Below, one piece after another: positions 19,801 through 29,655 of a stretch of DNA of 64,000 nucleotides. Under the pieces are notes generated by a model. That model searched no databases and was not told where the DNA came from. It saw nothing but the letters and a program-made list of their open reading frames with translations. Source of the stretch: Thermoanaerobaculia bacterium (GTDB taxonomy: Bacteria; Acidobacteriota; Thermoanaerobaculia; UBA5066); NCBI GenBank assembly GCA_963719225.1, contig CAVRAY010000001.1, positions 672,001-736,000 on the forward strand, read 5' to 3'. Position numbers and translations under genes: made by a program. The number at the start of each line of letters is the position of its first letter. Positions within the stretch are counted from its first letter, which is position 1.

Positions 19801-22252
19801 ACGTACCGGCGCAGTGCAGCGTGACCGACAGCGCAAATCATGCGGCCAGCGGGGCCGTCGACCTCACGGTGCAGGCTGAGCGGCGGAGGGAACTGCACGA
19901 ACGCGGACTTCCACATCACCGTGGGAGGCGCCGGTTCGTTCCCGAGCCCGGGCTTCTCGGTCGCGGCGGGCGAGGCCGTGACGTTCATCCCCAACAGCGC
20001 CTACAACAGCTGGAGCTGGAGCTTCGGCGACGGCGCGACCGACTCGACGCAGATCCCGACGCACACGTACTCGAGCCCGGGCACGTACTACGGTGTCGTT
20101 GACCGCGAATGGCGACTGCACGCGCTCGTATCAGATCGTCGTGACCGGCGGCGGCACCGGCGGGCCCAGCAGCGCCTGCACGACGGTGGACTTCTCGATC
20201 GTGGACGGATCGACGGGTCTCTCGAGCTGCGGTCCGTTCGGATGCTCGGGAGCGACAGGGTATGCGCTCTCGTTCGTTCCGAACCCGGCCATGACCCAGA
20301 CCTTCACGTCCTGGAACTTCGGCGACGGCTCGACCTCGACGAGCTCCGCGGGGGCGCACACGTACGCGGGCGGGGGGACGTTCACGGTCACGCTCACCGC
20401 GGGGAGCTGCACGAAGACCAAGGAAATCAGCATCTCCGGACCCGTCGGTCTCAGCGGTTTGTTCACCGCGAAGTACGCCGACAATTCGGCGTTCCAGCCC
20501 ACGCAGGTCGCATCAGGCAAGGCCGTGAGCTTCCTCGCGATCGACGCGGCGGACACGTATACGTGGGACTTCGGCGACGGCACGTCGCCCGTGACGGGCC
20601 AGACGCCGTCGCACACGTACATCACGCCGGGCACGACGCCTTTCACGTACACGGCCACGCTGAGCGTGACGAGGGGAACCGGAACCTCGGCCCAGAACGC
20701 TTCGACGACACAGTCCTTCACGATCATCCCGCCGCCCGAGCCGCCGAAGTGGTTCGTCGCGGGAATGGCCTACCTCCAGGGCTCGCTGGAGGGAACGCTC
20801 TGGCAGACGGACCTGACCCTCTTCAACCCCGACCCGAGCCGTCAGGGAACGTATTCCCTCGCCTTCCTCGACGGACGAACCCCCGTCGATCCGGCCCAGC
20901 TCGTCTGGAAGACGATCACCGTCGCCCCGCAGTCGAGCGCCTCGGCGTCGAACATCCTGGCCTTCTTCGGGCAGCCTCTCGGAAGCTATGGGGCCCTCCT
21001 GGTGCGCGGCGACTCCGCTCCGGTGCCGCCCGTTCTCACCTCACGCACGTTCAACACGGGAGATCCCGCGAAGGGCACGTTCGGGCTGTCCGTGCCGTCC
21101 ACGCAGCCGTCGAGCGGCCTCACGACGCAGGCCGCGCTCTCGCAGCAGTTCCTCATCGGCCTGCGCGACGACGCCACGGCGTACACGAACATCGGCCTCG
21201 TGAACCTCACGACCGACTGGAGCCACGCCCGGCTCTCGTTCCTGGACCGCAGCGGCGCCACGAGCCTCGGTCAGGTGAACGTGGACGTGCCGCCTTACGG
21301 CGTCGCACAGCTCTCGCGCCCGCTCTTCGCGTCCCCGCCCTCGGGCGTCGGGTTCCCCGACCCACTCGAGGCGTTCAGCGTCAAGGTGACGGTGCTCTCC
21401 GGCGGCGCCGTCTTCCCCTATGCCACCGTGATCGACCGCCGGTCCACGGACTCCGTCGTCGTGACCGTCTCCGACCGGCCCTCGAATACCTACCGGGTGC
21501 CGGGCGTCATCCGCCTCCAGGGCGCGAACAACACCGTGTGGCGGAGCCGCTTCTACATCACGAACCCCTCGACGTCGACGCGGCGGGCCTCCATCTCTTA
21601 CTCGTTCGTCCCCTGCGACGCGACCGGGTGCAAGAACCGGGTCACGGGCCTGCAGAGCGAGGTCACGCTCCTGCCGGGCGAGACGCTCTGGTCCGACGAC
21701 TTCCCGAAGGTGTGGCTCTCCTACTTCGGGTTCGACGTCACCGATACGACTGCATATCAGGCCTCGTACATCGACGTCGCCCCGGCGGTCGACGACCCCA
21801 TCCAGGAGCCGCTGCTCGTCCTCGGCGAGACGTACAACGACCAGCCGTCGGGTCCCGTGGGCCTTCAGGTTCCGGGCTTCACCGACCTGGATGCCGCCTC
21901 GAAGACGGGTGCGAACAAGCGCCTCCTCCTGGCGGGGCTCGTCTCGAACGCGTCGTACCGCACGAACATCTCGGTTTTCCTCCAGAGCGGCGCGTCGGGG
22001 CGGTGCACGGTACGCGTGCTGTCGGATCTCGGCATCGAGCTCGCTCGCCAGGATCTCGGGTTCGGCGGCTCGACGACGTTCATACAGCTCAACGACAACA
22101 ACACGGGAATCTTCAGCTCGCTCTCCGGGACCAAGGAACGACTCAACGTCGTGATCGACTCGTTCGACGGCGCGCCCATCTCCGCGTACGCGACCATCAT
22201 CGACAACACTTCCGGTGACGCGACGTTCCTGAAGGCGCAGCCGGCTCCCTGA
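16886..22252 (+). CDS. Giant secreted PKD/Ig-like surface protein (~1800 aa) with ~10 apparent frameshifts between 18.0 and 20.1 kb
   Basis: Signal peptide, propeller-like N-region (YSVLDVSNPTNP), multiple PKD motifs (WSFGDG, WNFGDG, WDFGDG, HTY..PGTY), two tandem C-terminal domains. Coding signal hops among track ORFs 16733, 17941, 17955, 18235, 18638, 18711, 19840 and 20093. Confidence 0.7.
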
Positions 22253-23466
22253 CGATTTCCGCAGCGACTTCTCCCGCGTATTCCTTCTCGAACCTGAGCA
22301 AGGTATACCGGCTCTACCCGGCGCCGCGCGACCGTTTCTACGAGCTGATGACGGGGCGTCCGCGTCACGCCGAGGTCCACGCGCTCAGGGACGTCTCCGG
22401 GGGAATCGACCGCGGCGCGGTTCTCGGCGTCATCGGCGAAAACGGCTCGGGCAAGAGCACGCTCTTCAAGATCCTCGCGGGGACCACGGCGGCGACGTCG
22501 GGAAGCGTCTCGCTGCCCGGCCGTGTGGCGTCGATTCTCGAGCTCGGATCCGCCTTTCATCCGGAGGACACGGGTCGGCGCAACGTGATCCTGCAGGCCG
22601 CGCTCGCGGGCCTCTCGCGCGAGGAGGTCTCCGCGGCCCTGCCGGAAATCGAGGCGTTCGCCGAGCTCGGCGATTTCTTCGACCGTCCCGTCAAGACGTA
22701 CTCGTCGGGCATGCAGATGCGGCTCGCGTTCTCGGTCGCGACGGCCGTGCTTCCCGACGTCATTCTCCTGGACGAAGCGCTCGCGGTGGGTGACGGCCGT
22801 TTTCAGAAGAAGTGCGTCGACCGCATCTTCGAGCTCAAGGCGTCAGGCAAGACGATCTTCTTCTGCAGCCACGCCATGTATTACGTGTCGACTCTGTGCG
22901 ACCGCGCGATATGGCTGGACGCGGGCTGCGTGGCCGCCGAGGGAGACGCACAAAGCGTCGTTCTCGAATACGAGAAGTTCCTCGCCCGCAAGGACCGCCT
23001 CGTGGCCTCTCACGGGGCCGAGGCCGCCGTGCCTTCGGGAACGCACGGGCGATTTCGCGACGTCGTCGTCACGGGCGCCGACGGAACGCCGAAGGACGAG
23101 TTCCAGCCGGGGGAACCGTGGGGCGTGGAGCTGGAGTTCGGTGCCGACGATCCCGCGCGGCCCCTTCAGATCCATCTCGCGGTCTCGACACGCGACAACG
23201 TGGTGTGCTTTTCCGCAGACTCGCGGCTCGACGGCTCGGGGCCCTTCTCCGGACAGTCCGCGTATCGCGTACGGATCGGCGTCGACGCTCTCCCGCTCGG
23301 GAAGGGCGAGTTCGTCGTCTACGCGTATCTCGCCGACGAGAAGTCGCTCGCGCTCTTCGACGCACGGAGTGACCGGACGTTCCACGTCGAGTCCGACACG
23401 TGGCGGAGCGGCCTCATGAGCCTGCCGGCGACCTGGACGTCGATCCCCGCGCGCAACGATGGCTGA
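22249..23466 (+). CDS. wzt: ABC polysaccharide export ATPase with C-terminal Wzt-C domain
   Basis: NLSKVYRLY, GENGSGKST, YSSGMQMRLAF, LLDEALAVGD, CSH, ~140-aa C-terminal beta domain. Start is non-canonical or uncertain (CTG 22249 / ATT 22255). Confidence 0.9.
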   Translation: MTISAATSPAYSFSNLSKVYRLYPAPRDRFYELMTGRPRHAEVHALRDVSGGIDRGAVLGVIGENGSGKSTLFKILAGTTAATSGSVSLPGRVASILELGSAFHPEDTGRRNVILQAALAGLSREEVSAALPEIEAFAELGDFFDRPVKTYSSGMQMRLAFSVATAVLPDVILLDEALAVGDGRFQKKCVDRIFELKASGKTIFFCSHAMYYVSTLCDRAIWLDAGCVAAEGDAQSVVLEYEKFLARKDRLVASHGAEAAVPSGTHGRFRDVVVTGADGTPKDEFQPGEPWGVELEFGADDPARPLQIHLAVSTRDNVVCFSADSRLDGSGPFSGQSAYRVRIGVDALPLGKGEFVVYAYLADEKSLALFDARSDRTFHVESDTWRSGLMSLPATWTSIPARNDG

Positions 23467-23468
23467 CG

Positions 23469-24476
23469 ATGAGGATCGCCTACGTCCTCGAGTCCCTCGA
23501 GCTGTCGGGCGGCGTCAAGGTCGTCGTCGAGCATGCCGCCGGCCTGAAGGCGCGTGGGCACGACGTCGTCCTCGTCACGCGGGACGGCCGACACGACTGG
23601 CTCGACGTTCCGGTGAGAGTCCACGAGGTTCCGGTGTTCGACGGGTCGACTCTTCCCGAGGCCGACGTCCACGTCGCCACCTGGTTTCCAACCGTCGTTC
23701 CCGTGGTGAGCGCGCGCCGTGCGGCGCGCATCTTCCATTTCTGCCAGGGCTACGAGGCCCCTCATCCGCACACGCTTCACCGCCTCGGAGAGATCGAGGA
23801 AGCCTATCGGCAGGACGTTCCGAAGCTCGTCGTCTCGGCGCACCTCCTTCCGCTTCTCGAAGGACGTTATCCGGGGCCGTTCCACGTGCTCCCGCAGACG
23901 ATTCCCGCTCGGGATTTCGTGCCTCCGGATCCCAAGCGCGCCTCGCCGCGTCGTCCCGCGGTCGTGGGCGTCGTCGGGCCTTTCGAAGCTCCCCTCAAGG
24001 GAATCGGGGTCGCCCTGCGGGCCGTCCTCAAGCTTCGGGAGGAAGGCCGCGATGTCCGACTTCACCGCGCGAGCGCTCTGCCTCTCACCGAGCCCGAGCG
24101 CGCCCTCCTCAAGGCGGACGCGTATTCCCAGGCTCTGTCCGCCAGCGCGATGCCCGCCTGGTATCACGGGCTCGACGTCCTTCTCCACCCGTCGTTCGAC
24201 GCCGAGGGATTCCCGCTTCCGCCGCTCGAAGCGCTGGCCGCGGGCGTCCCCGTCGTCCTCACCGACATCCCCTCCTTCGCGACTCTTCCCGCCGGGGCCG
24301 TGGCGCGGGTGAGTCCGGGAGACGCCTCCGGCATGGCACGGGAGGCGGCGCGGCTCCTCGACGAGCCGGAACTTTGGGCGGAGCGAAGGGCCCGAGGCAT
24401 GGAGGTCGCACGGACCTTTTCGCTGGATCGCGTCCTCGACCGGCTCGAGGCGCTCTTCTCTCAGAAGACGTCGTGA
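23469..24476 (+). CDS. Glycosyltransferase family 4 (GT-B)
   Basis: MRIAYVL..SGGVKVV, VATWFPT, EGFPLPPLEALAAG. Confidence 0.88.
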   Translation: MRIAYVLESLELSGGVKVVVEHAAGLKARGHDVVLVTRDGRHDWLDVPVRVHEVPVFDGSTLPEADVHVATWFPTVVPVVSARRAARIFHFCQGYEAPHPHTLHRLGEIEEAYRQDVPKLVVSAHLLPLLEGRYPGPFHVLPQTIPARDFVPPDPKRASPRRPAVVGVVGPFEAPLKGIGVALRAVLKLREEGRDVRLHRASALPLTEPERALLKADAYSQALSASAMPAWYHGLDVLLHPSFDAEGFPLPPLEALAAGVPVVLTDIPSFATLPAGAVARVSPGDASGMAREAARLLDEPELWAERRARGMEVARTFSLDRVLDRLEALFSQKTS

Positions 24477-25423
24477 TCGAGGAATCGGTAATCGAAGACG
24501 GCTGCGGCGCGCGCGACCCCGAACGCGGGATGGAACGGGCGCACGGTGAAATGCGTGTCCGTGTCCGCCCCCACGAAGCCGAGCTCGGCGGCGCGCGCAG
24601 CGAGGCCGCTCGCCGATCCCGCCCGCAGGACCAGCGTCCGCGCCGCGGTCCTGCCGAGCGTCTCCTCGATCGCGTCGAGAAGATCCGCCACGGCGCCGCC
24701 TCCCTCGTCGGCGGCCTGGAGATCGACGAGGAGGGCGCGATCGGCGACCGTCCTGAGGGCGGCATACGCGGTCGAATGGCCGCGTCCGTCGAGGAGCTCG
24801 TGCACGTCGTACGAGACGCCCGGGCGCGCGAATCGCCAGTCGAGCGTGGTGCGCGAGCGATCGGTGCGCCAGCCGGGACGCGCATGCAGCGCTTCTGCGA
24901 GCGCGTCGTGAGCTACCGAAACCGCCGAACCGCGGCGGTGCCGCAGCCGGCGCCGCCGGAGGCGCTTGAGGAGGCCGAGTCTGCCGATGGGCCGTGTCCA
25001 TTCCGCGGCGGGCTCGACGGAGAGGTAGCCGAGCGTGCTCTCGCCCACGCGGCGGTGCCGGTGGTTCGGGAAGCCGAGGACGAAGGGGGCCCCCGCCGCG
25101 CCGTTCCGTTCGAAGAACTCCGATCCGACGCGCTGAAAAAGCGTGCTGCGTCCGAGCGCGCGAGACGACGGCGCGGTCATCACGTCGACCGCGGCGAGCC
25201 CGGGGAGATCGCCTTCGCGTCCGCGGTAGCGCGTCCCGAGGCCGCCGAAGAAGCCGATCGCTTTCCCTCGGTCGAATGCGCCGACGGACACCGCGGCGTG
25301 CGGACAGCGGTCGTATTTCCATGCCCAGTCTTCCGGCGAGGCCTCGGCCCCGAACGCCTCGCGGAAGAGAGCGAGGAGTGCCGGCCGGTCGGCGGGCGTC
25401 GCGGGGCGCACCTCCACGGGCAT
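24461..25423 (-). CDS. GNAT family N-acyltransferase
   Basis: VRPATPAD, WAWKY, DVMTAP..R..G, GFPN; tandem GNAT-like halves. Confidence 0.75.
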   Translation of the reverse strand: MPVEVRPATPADRPALLALFREAFGAEASPEDWAWKYDRCPHAAVSVGAFDRGKAIGFFGGLGTRYRGREGDLPGLAAVDVMTAPSSRALGRSTLFQRVGSEFFERNGAAGAPFVLGFPNHRHRRVGESTLGYLSVEPAAEWTRPIGRLGLLKRLRRRRLRHRRGSAVSVAHDALAEALHARPGWRTDRSRTTLDWRFARPGVSYDVHELLDGRGHSTAYAALRTVADRALLVDLQAADEGGGAVADLLDAIEETLGRTAARTLVLRAGSASGLAARAAELGFVGADTDTHFTVRPFHPAFGVARAAAVFDYRFLDHDVF

Positions 25424-25440
25424 CGGTCCGAAAATACCTC

Positions 25441-26505
25441 ATGCCTCTGATTTCCGCCGTCTTCGTGAGCTATCGCTCGGCGGGACTGGCCGCGCGCGCG
25501 CTCGAGAGCGTTCGCCGGGATGCGGCGGAAGCGAACCTCGCGCTCGAGACGATCGCCGTCGTGAACTCGGGTGATCCGGAAGAATCGCGCGCCCTGGCGT
25601 CGTCGGCGGATCGCGTCGTTTTTCCCGGCCGGAATCTCGGTTTCGCGGGCGGCCTCAACGCCGGGATCGAGGTCGCGCGCGGGGAGATCCTCGTCCTCGC
25701 GAATCCGGACGTCGTCGTTCGCGCGGGCGCGCTTGCCGCGCTCGCGGCGGAGGCGCGGAGCGGGCTCGGCGCGGCCGGGCCGGCGCTCTTTCTCGATGAC
25801 GCCGAGACACTCCACCTCCCGCCCGCCGAAGAGCCCCACCCCTTCGAGCTCGCGCGCCGCCGCCTCGATGGAGCGGGCGCGGCGGCCGCGTTCCGGCGGC
25901 GATTCCGGCGCGCGCGCGGGGCGGCCGAAGCGGAGGAGCGAAACGAGACCCGCCCGGCGACGGCCCTCTCGGGGGCGTTCGTCGCCGTCTCGCGGCAGAC
26001 GCTCGAACGCGTCGGGACTTTCGACGAGGGTTACTCCCTCTACTTCGAGGAGAACGACTGGCAGCGGCGCCTGAGGATGGCCGGGGGCCGCCTGGTTCGC
26101 GTCGGCGCCGCGCGCGTCGTCCATCGGTACAACCAGAGCGCCCGCCTCGAGCCGCGCGCCGCGGGCTGGTTCGCGGCGTCCGAGCGCCGCTACTTCGAGT
26201 CGCATTTTCCCGGCCGCGGCGTACGCGCGCTCGAGGCTCTCGCCGCGGGTGCCCCGTCGAGAGCAGCCGGCGCTCCCGTTCCGGCGCCGATGGGAAACGG
26301 CGTCATTTCGTTCGACGCGCCGTCCGCCGCCATCGCGCTCTCACCGGTCCCGGACTTCGGCGGCTTCGCGCTCGATCTGCACGCCGCGGGCGGCTCCTGG
26401 CGGCCGCCGGAAGACGTGCGGCGAGGCTTCGGCGGCGCCACGTGGTTCGTGCGGGCTGTCGAGGTCGAGTCGGGTCGCGTCCTCGCCGAGGGAACGCTCT
26501 CCTGA
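25441..26505 (+). CDS. Glycosyltransferase family 2 (rhamnosyltransferase-like)
   Basis: ISAVFVSY, NLGFAGGLN, LANPD, SGAF, FDEGYSLYFEENDW. Confidence 0.85.
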   Translation: MPLISAVFVSYRSAGLAARALESVRRDAAEANLALETIAVVNSGDPEESRALASSADRVVFPGRNLGFAGGLNAGIEVARGEILVLANPDVVVRAGALAALAAEARSGLGAAGPALFLDDAETLHLPPAEEPHPFELARRRLDGAGAAAAFRRRFRRARGAAEAEERNETRPATALSGAFVAVSRQTLERVGTFDEGYSLYFEENDWQRRLRMAGGRLVRVGAARVVHRYNQSARLEPRAAGWFAASERRYFESHFPGRGVRALEALAAGAPSRAAGAPVPAPMGNGVISFDAPSAAIALSPVPDFGGFALDLHAAGGSWRPPEDVRRGFGGATWFVRAVEVESGRVLAEGTLS

Positions 26506-26539
26506 TTCTCCGGCGCTTCACGGGCGGTGAAGGGGGCAA

Positions 26540-26563
26540 GGGGAAACACGACCGTGTTTCCCC
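26540..26563. terminator. Hairpin between convergent genes
   Basis: GGGGAAACAC-GACC-GTGTTTCCCC. Confidence 0.5.
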
Positions 26564-26578
26564 CATCACTGGCAGCTG

Positions 26579-28591
26579 CTAGCGCGCCTTTTCCCGCCGC
26601 ATGCGAAGCACGCGGCGCGCTAGCTGGGCCGTCTTCCAGACGCGCGAGCCCGCGATCGCCTTCAGCGTCGAGCCGAGCTCGTGCCGCTCTCCCGCGAGCG
26701 CGGTGCGCGTGCGGTGCTCGAAGGCGAGGAGCTCGAGCGCCGCGCGCTCGCCCGGCGGGATCACCCGTGCCGGCGGGAGTCGGTCCATGAACGCGCGGAA
26801 TCGTGTCGCAGTGAGCTTCCACGTGAAGCGGCGCGCTGTCTCGACTCCTTTGGCCGCGAGGCGCTCGCGGAGAGCCGGGTCGTCGAGGAGACGCCGGATG
26901 CCCGCGGCGAGCGCGCCCGGATCCCGCGGGGTAACGAGGAGGGCGTTGACGTCGTGGATAGCGTATTCCGAGACGCCTCCGGAGTCCGTCAGGACGCACG
27001 TGGCCCCGCTGGCCATTCCCTCGAGCCCGATGAGGCCGAAGCCCTGGTAGAGAGAGGGATCGATCACGACGTGCACCGTCGAAAGGAGCTTCGGCACCTC
27101 GTCCCGCTGCAGCGTGCCGAGATGCGCGTGCCGGAACCGGGGCGCGTCTACAGGCACCGCCGCCTGCCCGAAAAGGACGATCTCGACGTCGGGCCGGTCC
27201 GCGATCTCGGCGAGCGCGGAAAGGAGGAATTTCATGCCGCGGCGTTCGTCCTGCCTGAGCATGGCCGCGATGCGCACGGGCGGACTCGCCGGCCGGTCTC
27301 CCCGCGGGTAGTACACGTCGGGATCCGCGCTGATCGGGACGGGAATCGCCGTGTGTCCGTGTCGCGCCTCGATCTCTTTCGCGATCCAGCTCGAGACCGC
27401 GACGATGCGCGGGATGAGGTCGTATGTCCGCGCGACGTACTCGGGCGGGTCGGAACCAAACCAGCCTTCGTAATCCTGGACGAAATAGGCCGTCTGGATC
27501 CCCCGGGATGCCGCGGCGGCCGCCACGTGGGCGACCGTCTGGTAGCCGGTGGCGACGAGAAGCTTCGCGGGCGGACACTGTTCGAGGAATTCCGCCGTGG
27601 AAAGGCGCAGGGGCCGGAAGAAGAGCTCCATCACGATTTCCGGCGGCACCGTTTCGAAGACGACGACGCCGGCCTTGACGCCCTGGAGGACCAGCGCGTT
27701 CGCGAGCTCGAGGATGGTCGCGACGCCCCCGTAGACCCCGAGGAGCGGCAGGACGAAGAGGACGTCGTACGGAGCCGCCGGCTCGGAGTCGGGCAGCGTC
27801 CATTCGAACGTCGCGGCGTCGCGCACGACGCCGAGCTCGTTCTTCCCGTTGAATTCGGCGAGCTCCTTCTCGTGCCTGTCCCGCCAGCGGGACATCAGGA
27901 TCCTGAGATTCTGGGTGAAGCGGGCGTCCGAGTCCGAGAAGCTCGCACCCTGGCGGTGGTGGATCCACGTGTCGTCGGCGACGACGCAGCGCCAGCCCGC
28001 GTCACGCGCGCGGTAATGCAGGTCGGTCTCCTCGCAGTAGCCGCGCCCGAAAACCTCGTCGAAGACTCCGAGCGTGCGGATGACCTCCCGCCTCACGAGG
28101 AGGCAGTACCCGACGATCGTCGTCGCGTCCGGGTATCGCGCGGGGCTCGTGCGCGCGACGCGGCGCGCGAACGAGAAGACGTCGGCGCCGGGCGGAAGCT
28201 TCACGGAGAGGTTCACGGCGCCGTTCGCGAGCGGGCAGCAGAGGCCGATCGTGGGATCCCGTTCGCACCGCGCCACCATCCGCTCGAGCGCTCCTTCCGT
28301 GAGGAGCGTGTCCGAATTCAGGAGACAGACCCAGGGGGCGTCCGAGAAGAGGAGTCCGCGGTTCGCGGTCTTGACGAAGCCGATGTTCACTTCGTTTTCG
28401 AGGAGGACGATTCCCTCCTGCGCCCTGAGGAACTCGGTCGTTCGCGCGTCGCTCCCGTCGTTGACGACGACGATGCGAGCCCAGGGAGGGGCGAAGTGGC
28501 GCACGCTCTCGAGGCAGTCGCGCGTCGAGCGCAGCGCGTTGTAGACCGGGATGACGAGGTCGCAGCGCACTGCGGTGGCCGGCGCCGTCAT
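26579..28591 (-). CDS. Bifunctional GT2 + GT4 glycosyltransferase
   Basis: VIPVYN, NDGS, LLNSD, GYCEETD, then YFVQDYE and QGFGLIGLEGMASG; C-terminal SRVWK helix. Confidence 0.9.
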   Translation of the reverse strand: MTAPATAVRCDLVIPVYNALRSTRDCLESVRHFAPPWARIVVVNDGSDARTTEFLRAQEGIVLLENEVNIGFVKTANRGLLFSDAPWVCLLNSDTLLTEGALERMVARCERDPTIGLCCPLANGAVNLSVKLPPGADVFSFARRVARTSPARYPDATTIVGYCLLVRREVIRTLGVFDEVFGRGYCEETDLHYRARDAGWRCVVADDTWIHHRQGASFSDSDARFTQNLRILMSRWRDRHEKELAEFNGKNELGVVRDAATFEWTLPDSEPAAPYDVLFVLPLLGVYGGVATILELANALVLQGVKAGVVVFETVPPEIVMELFFRPLRLSTAEFLEQCPPAKLLVATGYQTVAHVAAAAASRGIQTAYFVQDYEGWFGSDPPEYVARTYDLIPRIVAVSSWIAKEIEARHGHTAIPVPISADPDVYYPRGDRPASPPVRIAAMLRQDERRGMKFLLSALAEIADRPDVEIVLFGQAAVPVDAPRFRHAHLGTLQRDEVPKLLSTVHVVIDPSLYQGFGLIGLEGMASGATCVLTDSGGVSEYAIHDVNALLVTPRDPGALAAGIRRLLDDPALRERLAAKGVETARRFTWKLTATRFRAFMDRLPPARVIPPGERAALELLAFEHRTRTALAGERHELGSTLKAIAGSRVWKTAQLARRVLRMRREKAR

Positions 28592-29634
28592 TTTTTCAGG
28601 AGCTCCTTGAGCTTCCACCACGGCGTGAAGAGACGCCAGACGAGCGAGCGGTGCACCTCACCGAGCATCCCGACGAGGCGCGTGTTCTCCACGGCGAGGG
28701 CCTGCTCGCGCGTTGCGGATTCCTCGCGTGTCGCGGCGAGCTCGGCCTCGAGCTGCAGGAGGCGCTCGTCCCGGGCACCGATTTCACGCGCGAGAGATTC
28801 GGTGTGCGCTCGCAGTACGTTACGCTCGTCGCGGAGTTCGGCGGTGTCCCGGTCGAAGCCGTCCACGAGAGCCATCTCGGTCGCGGGCGACCTCCGATCC
28901 ACGTACTTCTCGAAGAGCTTTCGCCGCGTCGCATGAGCCTCCGGCGAGCCCCAGGCGACTGAAGCGGTCACGTTCGACGCGTCGTCGCGCACGCGATAGA
29001 CGGCCGTCACCCGGGGAATGTGGTGCAGGCGCGTGACCGACGCCAGCCGGATGAGAAAGTCCCAGTCCTCGTAGAGCTCGAAAGTCTCGTCGAACCGGCC
29101 CGCGTCATCGGCGAGAGCGCGCCGATGGACGAGGCCGATGAGCGGCACGTCGTTCTTGTACAGGAGGCGGCTCGAATCCGAAGCGCGCCCGTAGACGTGA
29201 ACCTCGGGCCCGTCGCGGTACTTTCCATCCTCCGAGAGCGTCTGCACGATCTGGCGGACGGACGTGTAGGCGGCGCGGTACTCGTCACTGCCGTCGAGAA
29301 AACGCACCAGCGTCTCGAGGTGCGGCGGCAGGTAGAGGTCGTCGTCGTCGAGGTACGCCACGTAGGTGCCGCGGGCCGCCGCGAGGCCCGCGTTCAACGC
29401 TCGAGTCCTCCCGCCGGGGGGAGGCGGGGAAACTACCGTGATGCCGCGGCCCGGCGCGCCCTCGAGAAGGCCGGCCGGGAGCGGGCCGCCGTCGTTCACG
29501 AGCACGGTCTCGAAGTCGGTGAACGTCTGGGCGCGGAGGCTGCCCAAAGCCTCGGCGAGGAGACCCGGCCTGTCCTTCGTCCGGAGCAGCACGGAGACGC
29601 GCGGCGCGCCCGCCTGATCGACCACTGAACTCAT
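28588..29634 (-). CDS. GT2 glycosyltransferase with C-terminal coiled coil
   Basis: VSVLLRTKDR, NDGG, YLDDDD, EDWDF, then heptad region and SLVWRL; start ATG 29634 or GTG 29625. Confidence 0.88.
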   Translation of the reverse strand: MSSVVDQAGAPRVSVLLRTKDRPGLLAEALGSLRAQTFTDFETVLVNDGGPLPAGLLEGAPGRGITVVSPPPPGGRTRALNAGLAAARGTYVAYLDDDDLYLPPHLETLVRFLDGSDEYRAAYTSVRQIVQTLSEDGKYRDGPEVHVYGRASDSSRLLYKNDVPLIGLVHRRALADDAGRFDETFELYEDWDFLIRLASVTRLHHIPRVTAVYRVRDDASNVTASVAWGSPEAHATRRKLFEKYVDRRSPATEMALVDGFDRDTAELRDERNVLRAHTESLAREIGARDERLLQLEAELAATREESATREQALAVENTRLVGMLGEVHRSLVWRLFTPWWKLKELLKK

Positions 29635-29655
29635 TGTAGGCGGTAAGCTTCCGGG

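Noticed and set aside
16040-20100. Phase variation or programmed frameshifting
   Set aside because: Too many shifts, with no simple-sequence tracts or slippery motifs at the junctions.
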